Below are positions 26,545 to 34,686 of a DNA stretch of 64,000 nucleotides, in pieces. The position numbers were made by a program, and so were the translations under genes. Origin of the DNA: an uncultured Chloroflexota bacterium (GTDB lineage: Bacteria; Chloroflexota; Anaerolineae; Aggregatilineales; Phototrophicaceae). Below the pieces are notes generated by a model. It made no database searches, was not told the DNA's origin, and saw nothing but the letters and a program-made list of their open reading frames with translations. Position 1 is the stretch's first letter, and each line of letters begins with the position of its first letter. The DNA lies in assembly GCA_903864435.1 (NCBI GenBank), contig CAIPFY010000373.1, positions 15,829 to 79,828 on the forward strand, given 5' to 3'.

Positions 26545-27330
26545 CTACAATTCGCCCACCACCACCACCGCCTCGCCCGGTTCGCTGCTGCCCTGTTCCG
26601 GTTCCTCGGTGATACGCGCCCATGTATATTCGTCAATCGGGGCGGTCACGTTGAACAACAGCGCCCCTGACCCGGTTTCATCCACCTGAAACGTCCCCGC
26701 GCTCAACTTTGCGTCGCCCATTGTCAGCCATAGCTGGAAGGTTTTGCCCGCCGAGAGGGGCGGGAAGCCGCGCACATACAGCAGGCCGATCTCGCTTTCG
26801 ACGTTCCACATCAGCACCGCCGTTGCATCCGTGTTTTTCTGTGCGGATGGCAGGCGCACCCAACGAATTTCGCGGCTGCTGGTTAGCACGAACGAGCTAT
26901 CGCCCTGCACCAGAATCGGGTGCGAGTTGGTGTCCGGCGCTTTGGGCGGGGCGCTGCTGCTGCGGCTGATCCAGTACACATTGCTGAACACCAGCGCGAC
27001 CACCGCCGCCGCCGCCGCCCACCATGCGCGGTGAACCTGCGGCATGCGCCGACGGGCGGGCGGTTCGGCGGCAATCGCGGCCATCAGGCGGTCTTCCAGC
27101 GCGGGCGGCGGTTCGATCTGCGGGACGGATTCGCGCAGGTCGTCCTGCATCCGGCGATAATCCGCAAGCTGTGCCGTCGCCTCCGGGCAGGTCGTCAGGC
27201 CGGATTCGACCTGCTGCTGTTCTTTCGGCGAGGCCAACCCGAACGCATAGGCCGGAATCAGTTCCAGAAGGTCATCGCAGTTCAGAACGGGTTGAGGTTG
27301 CTGTGTTGAACTCATCATAGACCTACTCAT
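26545..27330 (-). CDS. Anti-sigma factor, RskA-like (single TM, extracytoplasmic RskA C-terminal domain)
   Basis: N-terminal anti-sigma helix region (LLELIPAYAFGL...), a TM (WWAAAAAVVALVFSNVYWI), and C-terminal ...GKTFQLWL... Starts 10 nt after the sigma gene stop, with a GGAGAG RBS. Confidence 0.8.
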   Translation of the reverse strand: MSRSMMSSTQQPQPVLNCDDLLELIPAYAFGLASPKEQQQVESGLTTCPEATAQLADYRRMQDDLRESVPQIEPPPALEDRLMAAIAAEPPARRRMPQVHRAWWAAAAAVVALVFSNVYWISRSSSAPPKAPDTNSHPILVQGDSSFVLTSSREIRWVRLPSAQKNTDATAVLMWNVESEIGLLYVRGFPPLSAGKTFQLWLTMGDAKLSAGTFQVDETGSGALLFNVTAPIDEYTWARITEEPEQGSSEPGEAVVVVGEL

Positions 27331-27340
27331 CGCTCTCCGG

Positions 27341-27907
27341 TCAGGACTGCAAGGTGGGCAGTTTGGTTGTTTCCACCCACAATTCGCGCAGGCGTTGGAG
27401 GCCGCTGCGCAGGCGGGTTTTCACTGTGCCTAACGGTAGGCGGGTTTCCGCCGCGATTTCGCTGTGGCTCATCCCCCGGAAAAAGGCCAGATCAATCAGC
27501 GCCACCTGTTCGGCGGGCAGCTGTTGAATGAGCATCCGCAGCACCGTGTCGTCCTGCCAGAGTGAATCGCTGCGCGAGGACAGCATCTCTTCCATGTCTT
27601 CGATGGACTCGGGATGCAGGTTGGGCTGGCGGCGTTCGCGGCGCAAACGGTCAATCGCGGTGAAATGGGTGATCGTCAGCAGCCAGTTGCGCAGTTGCCC
27701 CTTATCCGGGTCCCAGCGCGTCTGCTGCTGCCACACTTTCATGAAGGCGTCTTGCGTCACTTCCTCGGCCTGCGTCGTGTTTTGCAGCACGCGGTAGGCG
27801 AGACTGTAGGCGGCCTTGCCGTACTGCTGGTACAGAAGCCGGAACGCCTGCTGGTCGTGGCGGTGGATACGTTTCATCAGATCAATATCGTCGGCTTGGA
27901 CAGTCAT
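27341..27907 (-). CDS. ECF-type RNA polymerase sigma-70 factor (SigK-like)
   Basis: Region 2 (AYSLAYRVLQNTTQAEEVTQDAFMKVW) and region 4 (GMSHSEIAAETRLPLGTVKTRLRSGLQRLR). Confidence 0.9.
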   Translation of the reverse strand: MTVQADDIDLMKRIHRHDQQAFRLLYQQYGKAAYSLAYRVLQNTTQAEEVTQDAFMKVWQQQTRWDPDKGQLRNWLLTITHFTAIDRLRRERRQPNLHPESIEDMEEMLSSRSDSLWQDDTVLRMLIQQLPAEQVALIDLAFFRGMSHSEIAAETRLPLGTVKTRLRSGLQRLRELWVETTKLPTLQS

Positions 27908-27992
27908 TACGCCTCACTCCTAACTAGAAGTCTACAGACTGTTCGTCCGTCCTGCAATCGGCGCATCTCCACACGCGGCAGCATTCGGAAAA

Positions 27993-28117
27993 CCCTCATC
28001 CTTCTCCCTCATGGCGAAGGGTGTAAAGCCCTATGCAGCAACCGCCCATCCCTCTCCTGCATTTTCCCCCTCGCCTAGCTGTACTCAGCGGTTGGGAGAG
28101 GAGGCAGGGGGTGAGGG
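27993..28117. repeat. GC-rich intergenic repeat cluster (motif b-like plus CCCTC/GAGGG inverted arms)
   Basis: CCCTCATCCTTCTCCCTCATGGCGAAGGGTG (27993-28023) resembles motif b at 15417 and 56701. Downstream is CCCCCTCGCC...GGCAGGGGGTGAGGG. Confidence 0.6.
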
Positions 28118-28266
28118 CAGCGGCCTTCGTTTCACCTTCTGTAACCGCTTCCGGTTTGGAACTCATCAGACATTCATCTTTCTACACATCCAATCGGCTT
28201 GTGGCGAGCGATTAATCAATAGACAGGAAGGGAACCTGTCGTTGGGGAAATCGTACTAACAAGGAG

Positions 28267-29343
28267 TTGGACATGAAATTGCGTAGCCTATTGCTTTTGA
28301 TTGTAGTGCTGCTGTTCGCCGTCCCTGCCTTCGCGCAGGATGCCGCCCCCACCGTTGGGCTGAGTGGCTCGGATGAACTGGGGCCGTATCTGGTTGGCCC
28401 GAACGGTCTGACGCTGTACATCTTCACGCCCGATCCGCTGAACAAGAGCGTTTGCTCCGGTCAATGCCTTGTGAACTGGCCGGCGCTGACCGTAGACAGT
28501 GCCGATCAACTGACCGTCGCCGATGGCATCCCCGGCACACTGGGGACGATTGTCCGCGAAGATGACGGCACCACGCAGGTCACGTACAACGGGCAACCGC
28601 TGTACTACTGGATTAACGATGCTGCCCCCGGCGATACCACCGGTCAGGCTGTGGGCCGCGTGTGGTGGATTGCCGCACCTGCGACGGTTTCGGTCATCCC
28701 CAACGATACGCTGGGCAACATTCTGGTTGGCCCCGCCGGTATGACACTGTACATCTTCACCAACGACACCCCCGGCGTGAGCGTTTGCTCCGGCGACTGC
28801 GCGGTGGCGTGGCCTCCGCTGACCGTTGCCAGCGCGGATGATGTGGTCGTGGGTCAGGTTCTGCCCGGTGAAGTGGGGACGATCACCCGCGACGACGGCA
28901 GCATTCAGGTGACGTACAACGGTTGGCCGCTGTACTACTGGAAGGACGACAAGGCGGTTGGGGATGCCACCGGTCAGGGCGTGCGCGATGTGTGGTACGT
29001 CATCAACCCGGAAAACCTCGTCGTCAACAACAGCGAGGCGCTGGGCGATTATCTGGTGGCGGGCAACGGGTTCACCGTCTACACCTTCGCCAATGACGAA
29101 GCCGGTGTGAGCAATTGCGCCGACGACTGCGCCAAGAACTGGCCCCCGGTCACGGTCAATCCGAGCGTGGCTCCGGTGGCGGGCGCGAACGTGGGCGGCG
29201 AACTGGGGACGATTACCCGCGACGACGGCAAAACGCAGCTGACCTACAACGGTCTGCCGCTGTACTACTTCAAGGAAGACAAAGTTCCGGGCGATGCCAC
29301 CGGGCAGAACGTGGGCGATGTCTGGTTCGTGGTCGCGCCGTAA
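28267..29343 (+). CDS. Secreted protein made of COG4315 / Lipoprotein_15-type repeats
   Basis: Signal peptide followed by three repeats of the pair LG.YLVG.NG.TLY.F..D...S.C.G.C...WPP.TV / GE.GTI.R.DG..Q.TYNG.PLYY...D..PGD..GQ. Confidence 0.8.
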   Translation: MDMKLRSLLLLIVVLLFAVPAFAQDAAPTVGLSGSDELGPYLVGPNGLTLYIFTPDPLNKSVCSGQCLVNWPALTVDSADQLTVADGIPGTLGTIVREDDGTTQVTYNGQPLYYWINDAAPGDTTGQAVGRVWWIAAPATVSVIPNDTLGNILVGPAGMTLYIFTNDTPGVSVCSGDCAVAWPPLTVASADDVVVGQVLPGEVGTITRDDGSIQVTYNGWPLYYWKDDKAVGDATGQGVRDVWYVINPENLVVNNSEALGDYLVAGNGFTVYTFANDEAGVSNCADDCAKNWPPVTVNPSVAPVAGANVGGELGTITRDDGKTQLTYNGLPLYYFKEDKVPGDATGQNVGDVWFVVAP

Positions 29344-29376
29344 CCCGTCGCTGACCTGAATCGTTTCGAGTCAACA

Positions 29377-29413
29377 AAAGCCCCTTTCCCGACTGTGGAA
29401 AGGGGCTTTTTGT
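29377..29413 (+). terminator. Rho-independent terminator
   Basis: AAAAGCCCCTTTCC...GGAAAGGGGCTTTTTG. Confidence 0.85.
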
Positions 29414-29586
29414 TGCGCCCCCCTCCCTTCCATTAACGATACGGTTTTCACAAAATCGAGTATGATGATTTTACGGTATGAATTGACCCGGCTGTTCCCT
29501 CGTTTCGGGCTTATGCGGTTCGGGTGTGTTCGTTTGCAATCATCCCTGCGGTATCGGGGTATCCCTTAGAAGGAGCGTCTGCATTG

Positions 29587-31323
29587 ATGTACGCCCCCGT
29601 TGACCCCACTTATTTCCTCGATCTGGCGGTTCGTCAGATGGCGGCCAGTCGCGCTCTGACGGCTTGTTCCGATCTGCCGTCGTTGGCGGCGGCGCTGGCG
29701 AGTCACTGGCTTTCTGACGACAACTCGTTCATCTCAATTCAATTGGAGGCCAGCGCACAACCGCTGGTGTGTGCATCTCGCACGGGGGTGCTGCCGGAAG
29801 TGCCGGCCTTCAATATGGTTGCCGCGCTCAATGACATCCCGAACGGGGGACAACCGCTGGTGGTGAGCGATGTGTTTGTGTCCACCATTCCCGCGCCGTC
29901 TTTCCGCGCATGGCTGGAAGCGCGGGGCATCCGGTCATTCGCTGCTTTCCCGCTGCGCTCGGATGGGGCGATACTGGGCTGGCTGGTCTGGAACAACCGG
30001 CGCACGGTCTGGATGCTGCCGGAAACCGCGTTGGGGATGATGCAAGTGCTGGTGGATGTGGCGGCGGCGCGGGTTCAGGTTGAGCGCCTTCAGGTCGCGG
30101 CACAGGCAGGCTCGGCTCAGTTGGAAGCGCAGGTGAGTACCCTCGAACAGATTAACCGGCTGTCGGCATTCATTAGCGCCGCGCCGGATGAAGAAACCCT
30201 GTTGGATCGAAGCGCCGAAAGTATCGTGGCGCTGATCGGCGTGGATCACTGCGGCATCGTCATCTTCACCGCTGGCGACGCTTCGGCAGTGGTGGCTGCC
30301 GAGTACCCCGCGCATGGTTCACGCGGGGCGCGGCTGGACGTACACAACAACCCCCTGTGGGACGAACTGCGGCGCACCGGCGAACCACTGCTGGTGCAGC
30401 GCGTGTCCGACGATCCGCGCATCGAACCGTCCACGCGCAAGGCGCTGGCAGGGCTAGGCGTGTATGCGTTGGCGATCCTGCCGCTGGTGTATCAGGGGCA
30501 GATGGTGGGCGGCGTGGGACTGGATATTTATGCACCCGACCGCATGTTGCGACCTGAGATGATTGAAATCGGCTCAACGGTGGTGACGCAGATTAATCTG
30601 GCGCTGCAAAACATACGCCTGCTGGCCGCTGCCCGCCGCCGCGCCGATCAGACTCAACGTATCGCGGCCTTCAGTCAGGCGGTGCAGACCACGCTCGACC
30701 TCGAAACCATTTTGACGATTGTGCTGAACGAGAGCTTGCAACTCCTGCCCATGAACCAGATGAGCATTTCGCTGTACGATCCGCTGCGGCAGGAACTACG
30801 GGCGGTGGCACAGCATACGGACGGCGTGAACCGCGTCAGCCTGCGCGATGGCGACGGCATCCCGTTGGCGGGCTATGTGGCGCGGGTGTGGGAGACATGG
30901 GAACCGCTGTACATTCCCGATTTACGTGCCGTCAGCAGCGAGATGGATCCCGGCGTGACGCTGCGTTCGTGGATGATGACGCCCATCCTCTCACGCGGGC
31001 GCATTCTGGGCATCGCCAGCGCGGGCAGCAGTCAGCCCGCCACCTACAGCGAAACCGACATCGCCCTGTTCAACCAGATGGTGAATCAGCTGGCGCTGGC
31101 GGTGGAAAACGCCGAAGCCTACCGGCAGACGCAGCGGCTGGCGAAGAACGAAGCCCTCATTAACGATATTTCGTCACAACTTCAACGTCAGATGGATTTG
31201 GACAGTATGTTAAACATCACGGTCAGCGAATTAGGCCGTGCGCTGGGGGCGCGCCACGCCCGTATCCGTCTGGGAACTGTGGGGACAACGCCTGCGTCGG
31301 ATGGCGGGGCGGGAACGGAGTAG
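29587..31323 (+). CDS. GAF-array protein A: soluble, ~3 GAF-like modules plus C-terminal GAF-start stub, no output domain
   Basis: No hydrophobic N-terminus. There are three recurrences of the GAF C-terminal helix (VDVAAARVQVERLQ, INLALQNIRLLAAAR, LALAVENAEAYRQTQ). It ends ...MLNITVSELGRALGARHARIRLG plus a 17-aa tail. Start is ATG 29587 or TTG 29584 after AAGGAG. Confidence 0.75.
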   Translation: MYAPVDPTYFLDLAVRQMAASRALTACSDLPSLAAALASHWLSDDNSFISIQLEASAQPLVCASRTGVLPEVPAFNMVAALNDIPNGGQPLVVSDVFVSTIPAPSFRAWLEARGIRSFAAFPLRSDGAILGWLVWNNRRTVWMLPETALGMMQVLVDVAAARVQVERLQVAAQAGSAQLEAQVSTLEQINRLSAFISAAPDEETLLDRSAESIVALIGVDHCGIVIFTAGDASAVVAAEYPAHGSRGARLDVHNNPLWDELRRTGEPLLVQRVSDDPRIEPSTRKALAGLGVYALAILPLVYQGQMVGGVGLDIYAPDRMLRPEMIEIGSTVVTQINLALQNIRLLAAARRRADQTQRIAAFSQAVQTTLDLETILTIVLNESLQLLPMNQMSISLYDPLRQELRAVAQHTDGVNRVSLRDGDGIPLAGYVARVWETWEPLYIPDLRAVSSEMDPGVTLRSWMMTPILSRGRILGIASAGSSQPATYSETDIALFNQMVNQLALAVENAEAYRQTQRLAKNEALINDISSQLQRQMDLDSMLNITVSELGRALGARHARIRLGTVGTTPASDGGAGTE

Positions 31324-31327
31324 AACC

Positions 31328-33043
31328 ATGCGCCTGACCGAGCGTATTTTCCCGCTAACGGCCTACCGCAGCACGATTGCCCGCGAGCGTGCCGTACTGG
31401 TTTACGCCATCAATATCCTGCTGGTAGCAGGGGTGCTGGTGTTCGGCGTGAGTACGCGGGCGCTGGGCGGTTCCACCATTTTGCAGCGTTATGCGGGCGG
31501 CGCGATTGCGTTGTGGGTGCTGGCGTTGGGCTTGAGTGCCGCCCTGAGCATCGCGCTCACGCGGATCGGACGGATGCGTGCCGGGGCGCTGGTGGTGGTC
31601 GTTATGACGGCTATCATTCTGAATTTTCCGGCCATCCAGACCGGCTACTACAACACCGGACAGGTGTTGCTGGTGGCCTTTGTGGTGCTGATGGCGGCGC
31701 TGCTGCTAGGGAACTTCGGCCTGATCGTGGGCGGGGTGCTGGCGACCAGTTTCCTTGTGCTAGGCTATGCCGTCCGCGTGACTTTGCCGCCGCCCGATAC
31801 CTCCAATAACCTGAATGCCTTCTCAAATTCGATGGTGATGATCGCCCTCATCATCGCCGTCGCCTATCTGTTCCTGCGCTATGCCCGCCTCAGCCGCGCC
31901 GAAGGCGTGATGGTGACGCAGGAAGATCGCTTCCGCTTGGCGCAGATCACCAGTCAGGTGACACAGGGGATTGCCCGCCGCAGCGACCTGAGCGATGTGC
32001 TGAATGTGGCGGTTGATCTGGTGCGCGACAGTTACCCGGATGTGTACCATGTGCAGATTTTCTTGATTGAGGACACAGGCGAACAAGCGCGGTTGGCTGC
32101 CAGTACCGGCGAGGTGGGGCGATTGCTGCTTCAGCGTCGGCACGGTTTGGCGGTGGGCAGCCAGAGCGTGATCGGGCAGGTGACGGCTTCCGGCAAGCCG
32201 GTGGTCGCCCGTGCTGGCGAAAAGACCATTCATAAACGCAACGAATTTCTGCCGGATACAGCGGCGGAGGCAGCTTTTCCGCTGCGGTTGGGCGATACCA
32301 TCATCGGGGCGCTGGATTTGCAGAGCAAGCTAGGCGATGTGTTCCGCGAGGAAGATTTGCCCGTGTTCCAATCGCTGGCTGACCATATTGCTATCGCCAT
32401 TGATAACGCACGCCTGTTTGAACAGACCGCCGAACGTATGCACGACAATCAGCAGTTGATGGAACAAACCCGCTTGGCGGCGCAGGAAGTGGAACGGCTG
32501 AACCGCCGTTTGACCGGACGTTCGTGGGATGAATATTTGCAGCAGGGGGCGCAATCGCAGGGCGTGGGCTTGAATCTGGCGGATATGACCACCACCCCGC
32601 AGCAAGAATGGACTCCTGCCTTGCAACAGGCGATGCGCTTTAACCATCTGGTGCAGGAGATGGAGTCGCGGGGGGGGCAGGTGATAGCCGTGCCGCTGCG
32701 GGTGCGCGGACAGGTGATCGGCGCGATGGAGTTTGAACTGGATGGCACGGGCAACCTGTCGCCGGAAGATGTGACGCTGCTGGAAGAAGTGGGCGAACAA
32801 CTGGGGATGGCCGCCGAAACCAACCGCCTGTTCGAGAGCAGTCAGCGGTTGGCACAACGCGAGGCGCTAGTGAACGAAATCGCCACCCGTCTGCAAACCA
32901 GTACCAGCGTGGAGATGACGCTGAATGTGGCGGCGCGTAGTCTGAAAGAGGCGTTGAAAGCTGAACGGGTATCCATCCGGCTTGGCCCGCGCCCATCCGA
33001 AGGGGACGCGGCAGCCCACGTCGGGGACGAGGGGGCGCGATGA
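31328..33043 (+). CDS. GAF-array protein B: ~6-TM N-terminus, GAF, Trp-linker, short GAF-like module, C-terminal stub; no output domain
   Basis: ATG lies 4 nt after the stop of A, with a GGAG RBS. Six hydrophobic helices. HVQIFLIED..., SVIGQV, HKRNEFLPDTAAEAAFPL, GALDLQS, DNARLFEQT; RLNRRLTGRSWDEYL; IAVPLRVRGQVIGAMEFE; NRLFESSQ; ends ...SLKEALKAERVSIRLG. Confidence 0.8.
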   Translation: MRLTERIFPLTAYRSTIARERAVLVYAINILLVAGVLVFGVSTRALGGSTILQRYAGGAIALWVLALGLSAALSIALTRIGRMRAGALVVVVMTAIILNFPAIQTGYYNTGQVLLVAFVVLMAALLLGNFGLIVGGVLATSFLVLGYAVRVTLPPPDTSNNLNAFSNSMVMIALIIAVAYLFLRYARLSRAEGVMVTQEDRFRLAQITSQVTQGIARRSDLSDVLNVAVDLVRDSYPDVYHVQIFLIEDTGEQARLAASTGEVGRLLLQRRHGLAVGSQSVIGQVTASGKPVVARAGEKTIHKRNEFLPDTAAEAAFPLRLGDTIIGALDLQSKLGDVFREEDLPVFQSLADHIAIAIDNARLFEQTAERMHDNQQLMEQTRLAAQEVERLNRRLTGRSWDEYLQQGAQSQGVGLNLADMTTTPQQEWTPALQQAMRFNHLVQEMESRGGQVIAVPLRVRGQVIGAMEFELDGTGNLSPEDVTLLEEVGEQLGMAAETNRLFESSQRLAQREALVNEIATRLQTSTSVEMTLNVAARSLKEALKAERVSIRLGPRPSEGDAAAHVGDEGAR

Positions 33044-34686
33044 ACACCGGAGCGATTTTGCGCTGGTTCGGCATCGGCGTCAGCCAGTCCGATACGCTGC
33101 TGCTGCTGCAAACCCGGTTTATCCGGGCGCTGGCACTGATCGGAATCTCGGCATCTGCCATTGGCGCGGTGCTGCTGCTGGTGACGAATAGCGCGATCAC
33201 TGTGCGGGCGGTTGTGCTGGTGTTTGTGGTGCTGAACATCGGTGTGCTGGTGCTGGTGCAGCGCGGCAAGGTGCAGATTGCCGCCTATATTCTGACGACG
33301 ACGCTGGCTGTAGGGGCGCTGTTTTCGCCACCCGTCTACATTCTCATCGGGGCGCTGGCGCTGATTGCAGCGGCGGCGCTGCTGAACAATTTCCTGTTCC
33401 TCGTCGTCAACATCCTGATTGTGGGCTATCAAATCGTGATGGTTTTGAGCGCGTTCGTCGGCGCACCGGCGGACGGTGGTGTGCCATCGGCGGCCAGCAA
33501 CGGGTTGGTGGTGGGTACTGCGCTGGTCGCGGTCAGCCTCGCCACGCGCTACTTCATTGACCAGACCGAACGCGCCGCCGTCGCTGCCAAGCAGGGCGCG
33601 GTGCTGCTGCAAATGGTGGCGGAAACGGGCGAACAGGTGGGCAAGCTGCTCAACCTGAACGAAGTGCTGCCGCGTGCGGTGGAACTCATCCGCGAACGTT
33701 TCGTTTTTAACCATGTGCAGATTTACCTGCTGGATGAAGGACGACAGCGGGCTGTGCTGGCGGCGAGTACCGCCGCGCAGGGACAGCGTTTGTACGAACG
33801 TCAGAATAGCGTGGAAGTGGGCGCGAAACATGCGATAGGCATGGTGGCAGCGGTAGGCCGCCCGATCATCGCTTCCGAGCGCGAGATGGCCGCCCATTCT
33901 GCCGATTTGCTGCTGCCCAACACCCGCGCCCAACTGGCGCTGCCCATTTTCGATGGGGATCGAATCATCGGGGTGCTGGATGTGCAGAGCCGCGAACCGG
34001 GCGCGTTCAACCGCGAGATTGAGCAAGCGTTGCAGGTGTTGACAAACCTACTCGCCACGTCCATCCGTAATGCGCGGCTGTTTGACGCGCAAGATCGCAG
34101 CACCCGCGAGGCCAAACGCCTGTTCGTGGAAACCGAAGCCAACCTGCGCGAAATTCAGCGTTTGAACCAGCAGTTGACGCACGAAGGCTGGTCAGATTAC
34201 ATGCGCGAGAAGCGTGAAATGCGCGGGGTAAGCGTGAATGATGCCGGATTGACCGAAGAAGCGGTATGGTCTACCGGATTGGAACGCGCTGTCGAAACCC
34301 GTCAGCCCGTGCGCGAGATACACGACGGCAGCCCGATTATCGCGGTGCCGGTGATGTTGGGTGGCGAGGTGATCGGCGCGATTGAGGTGGAAAGCCACGC
34401 TGGAGCCGATGCCGAGTATGTGGAAATGGTGAAAGCGGTGGCGCAGCGCCTTGCGCTTAGCCTCGACAAAGCGCGGTTGTTTGAAGAGTCGCAGGCGGCC
34501 ACCGCCCGCGAACAGCGCATCAACGAGATTGTGGCGCAGTTCCAAACGGTTGCCAGTGTGGATGACCTGCTCAAGATTACGCTGTCCGAACTCAGCCGCA
34601 CCTTCGGCGCACAGCGCGGTGCGATCCGCTTGGGCGTGAACCCGTCTGCCGGGGACGCAGGAACGAATGGAGATTCTCACCCATGA
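33040..34686 (+). CDS. GAF-array protein C: ~6-TM N-terminus, GAF, Trp-linker, short GAF-like module, C-terminal stub; no output domain
   Basis: ATGA overlap with B. HVQIYLLDE, GVLDVQS, RNARLFDAQ; RLNQQLTHEGWSDYM; IIAVPVMLGGEVIGAIEVE; KARLFEESQ; ends ...LSRTFGAQRGAIRLG. Confidence 0.8.
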   Translation: MNTGAILRWFGIGVSQSDTLLLLQTRFIRALALIGISASAIGAVLLLVTNSAITVRAVVLVFVVLNIGVLVLVQRGKVQIAAYILTTTLAVGALFSPPVYILIGALALIAAAALLNNFLFLVVNILIVGYQIVMVLSAFVGAPADGGVPSAASNGLVVGTALVAVSLATRYFIDQTERAAVAAKQGAVLLQMVAETGEQVGKLLNLNEVLPRAVELIRERFVFNHVQIYLLDEGRQRAVLAASTAAQGQRLYERQNSVEVGAKHAIGMVAAVGRPIIASEREMAAHSADLLLPNTRAQLALPIFDGDRIIGVLDVQSREPGAFNREIEQALQVLTNLLATSIRNARLFDAQDRSTREAKRLFVETEANLREIQRLNQQLTHEGWSDYMREKREMRGVSVNDAGLTEEAVWSTGLERAVETRQPVREIHDGSPIIAVPVMLGGEVIGAIEVESHAGADAEYVEMVKAVAQRLALSLDKARLFEESQAATAREQRINEIVAQFQTVASVDDLLKITLSELSRTFGAQRGAIRLGVNPSAGDAGTNGDSHP

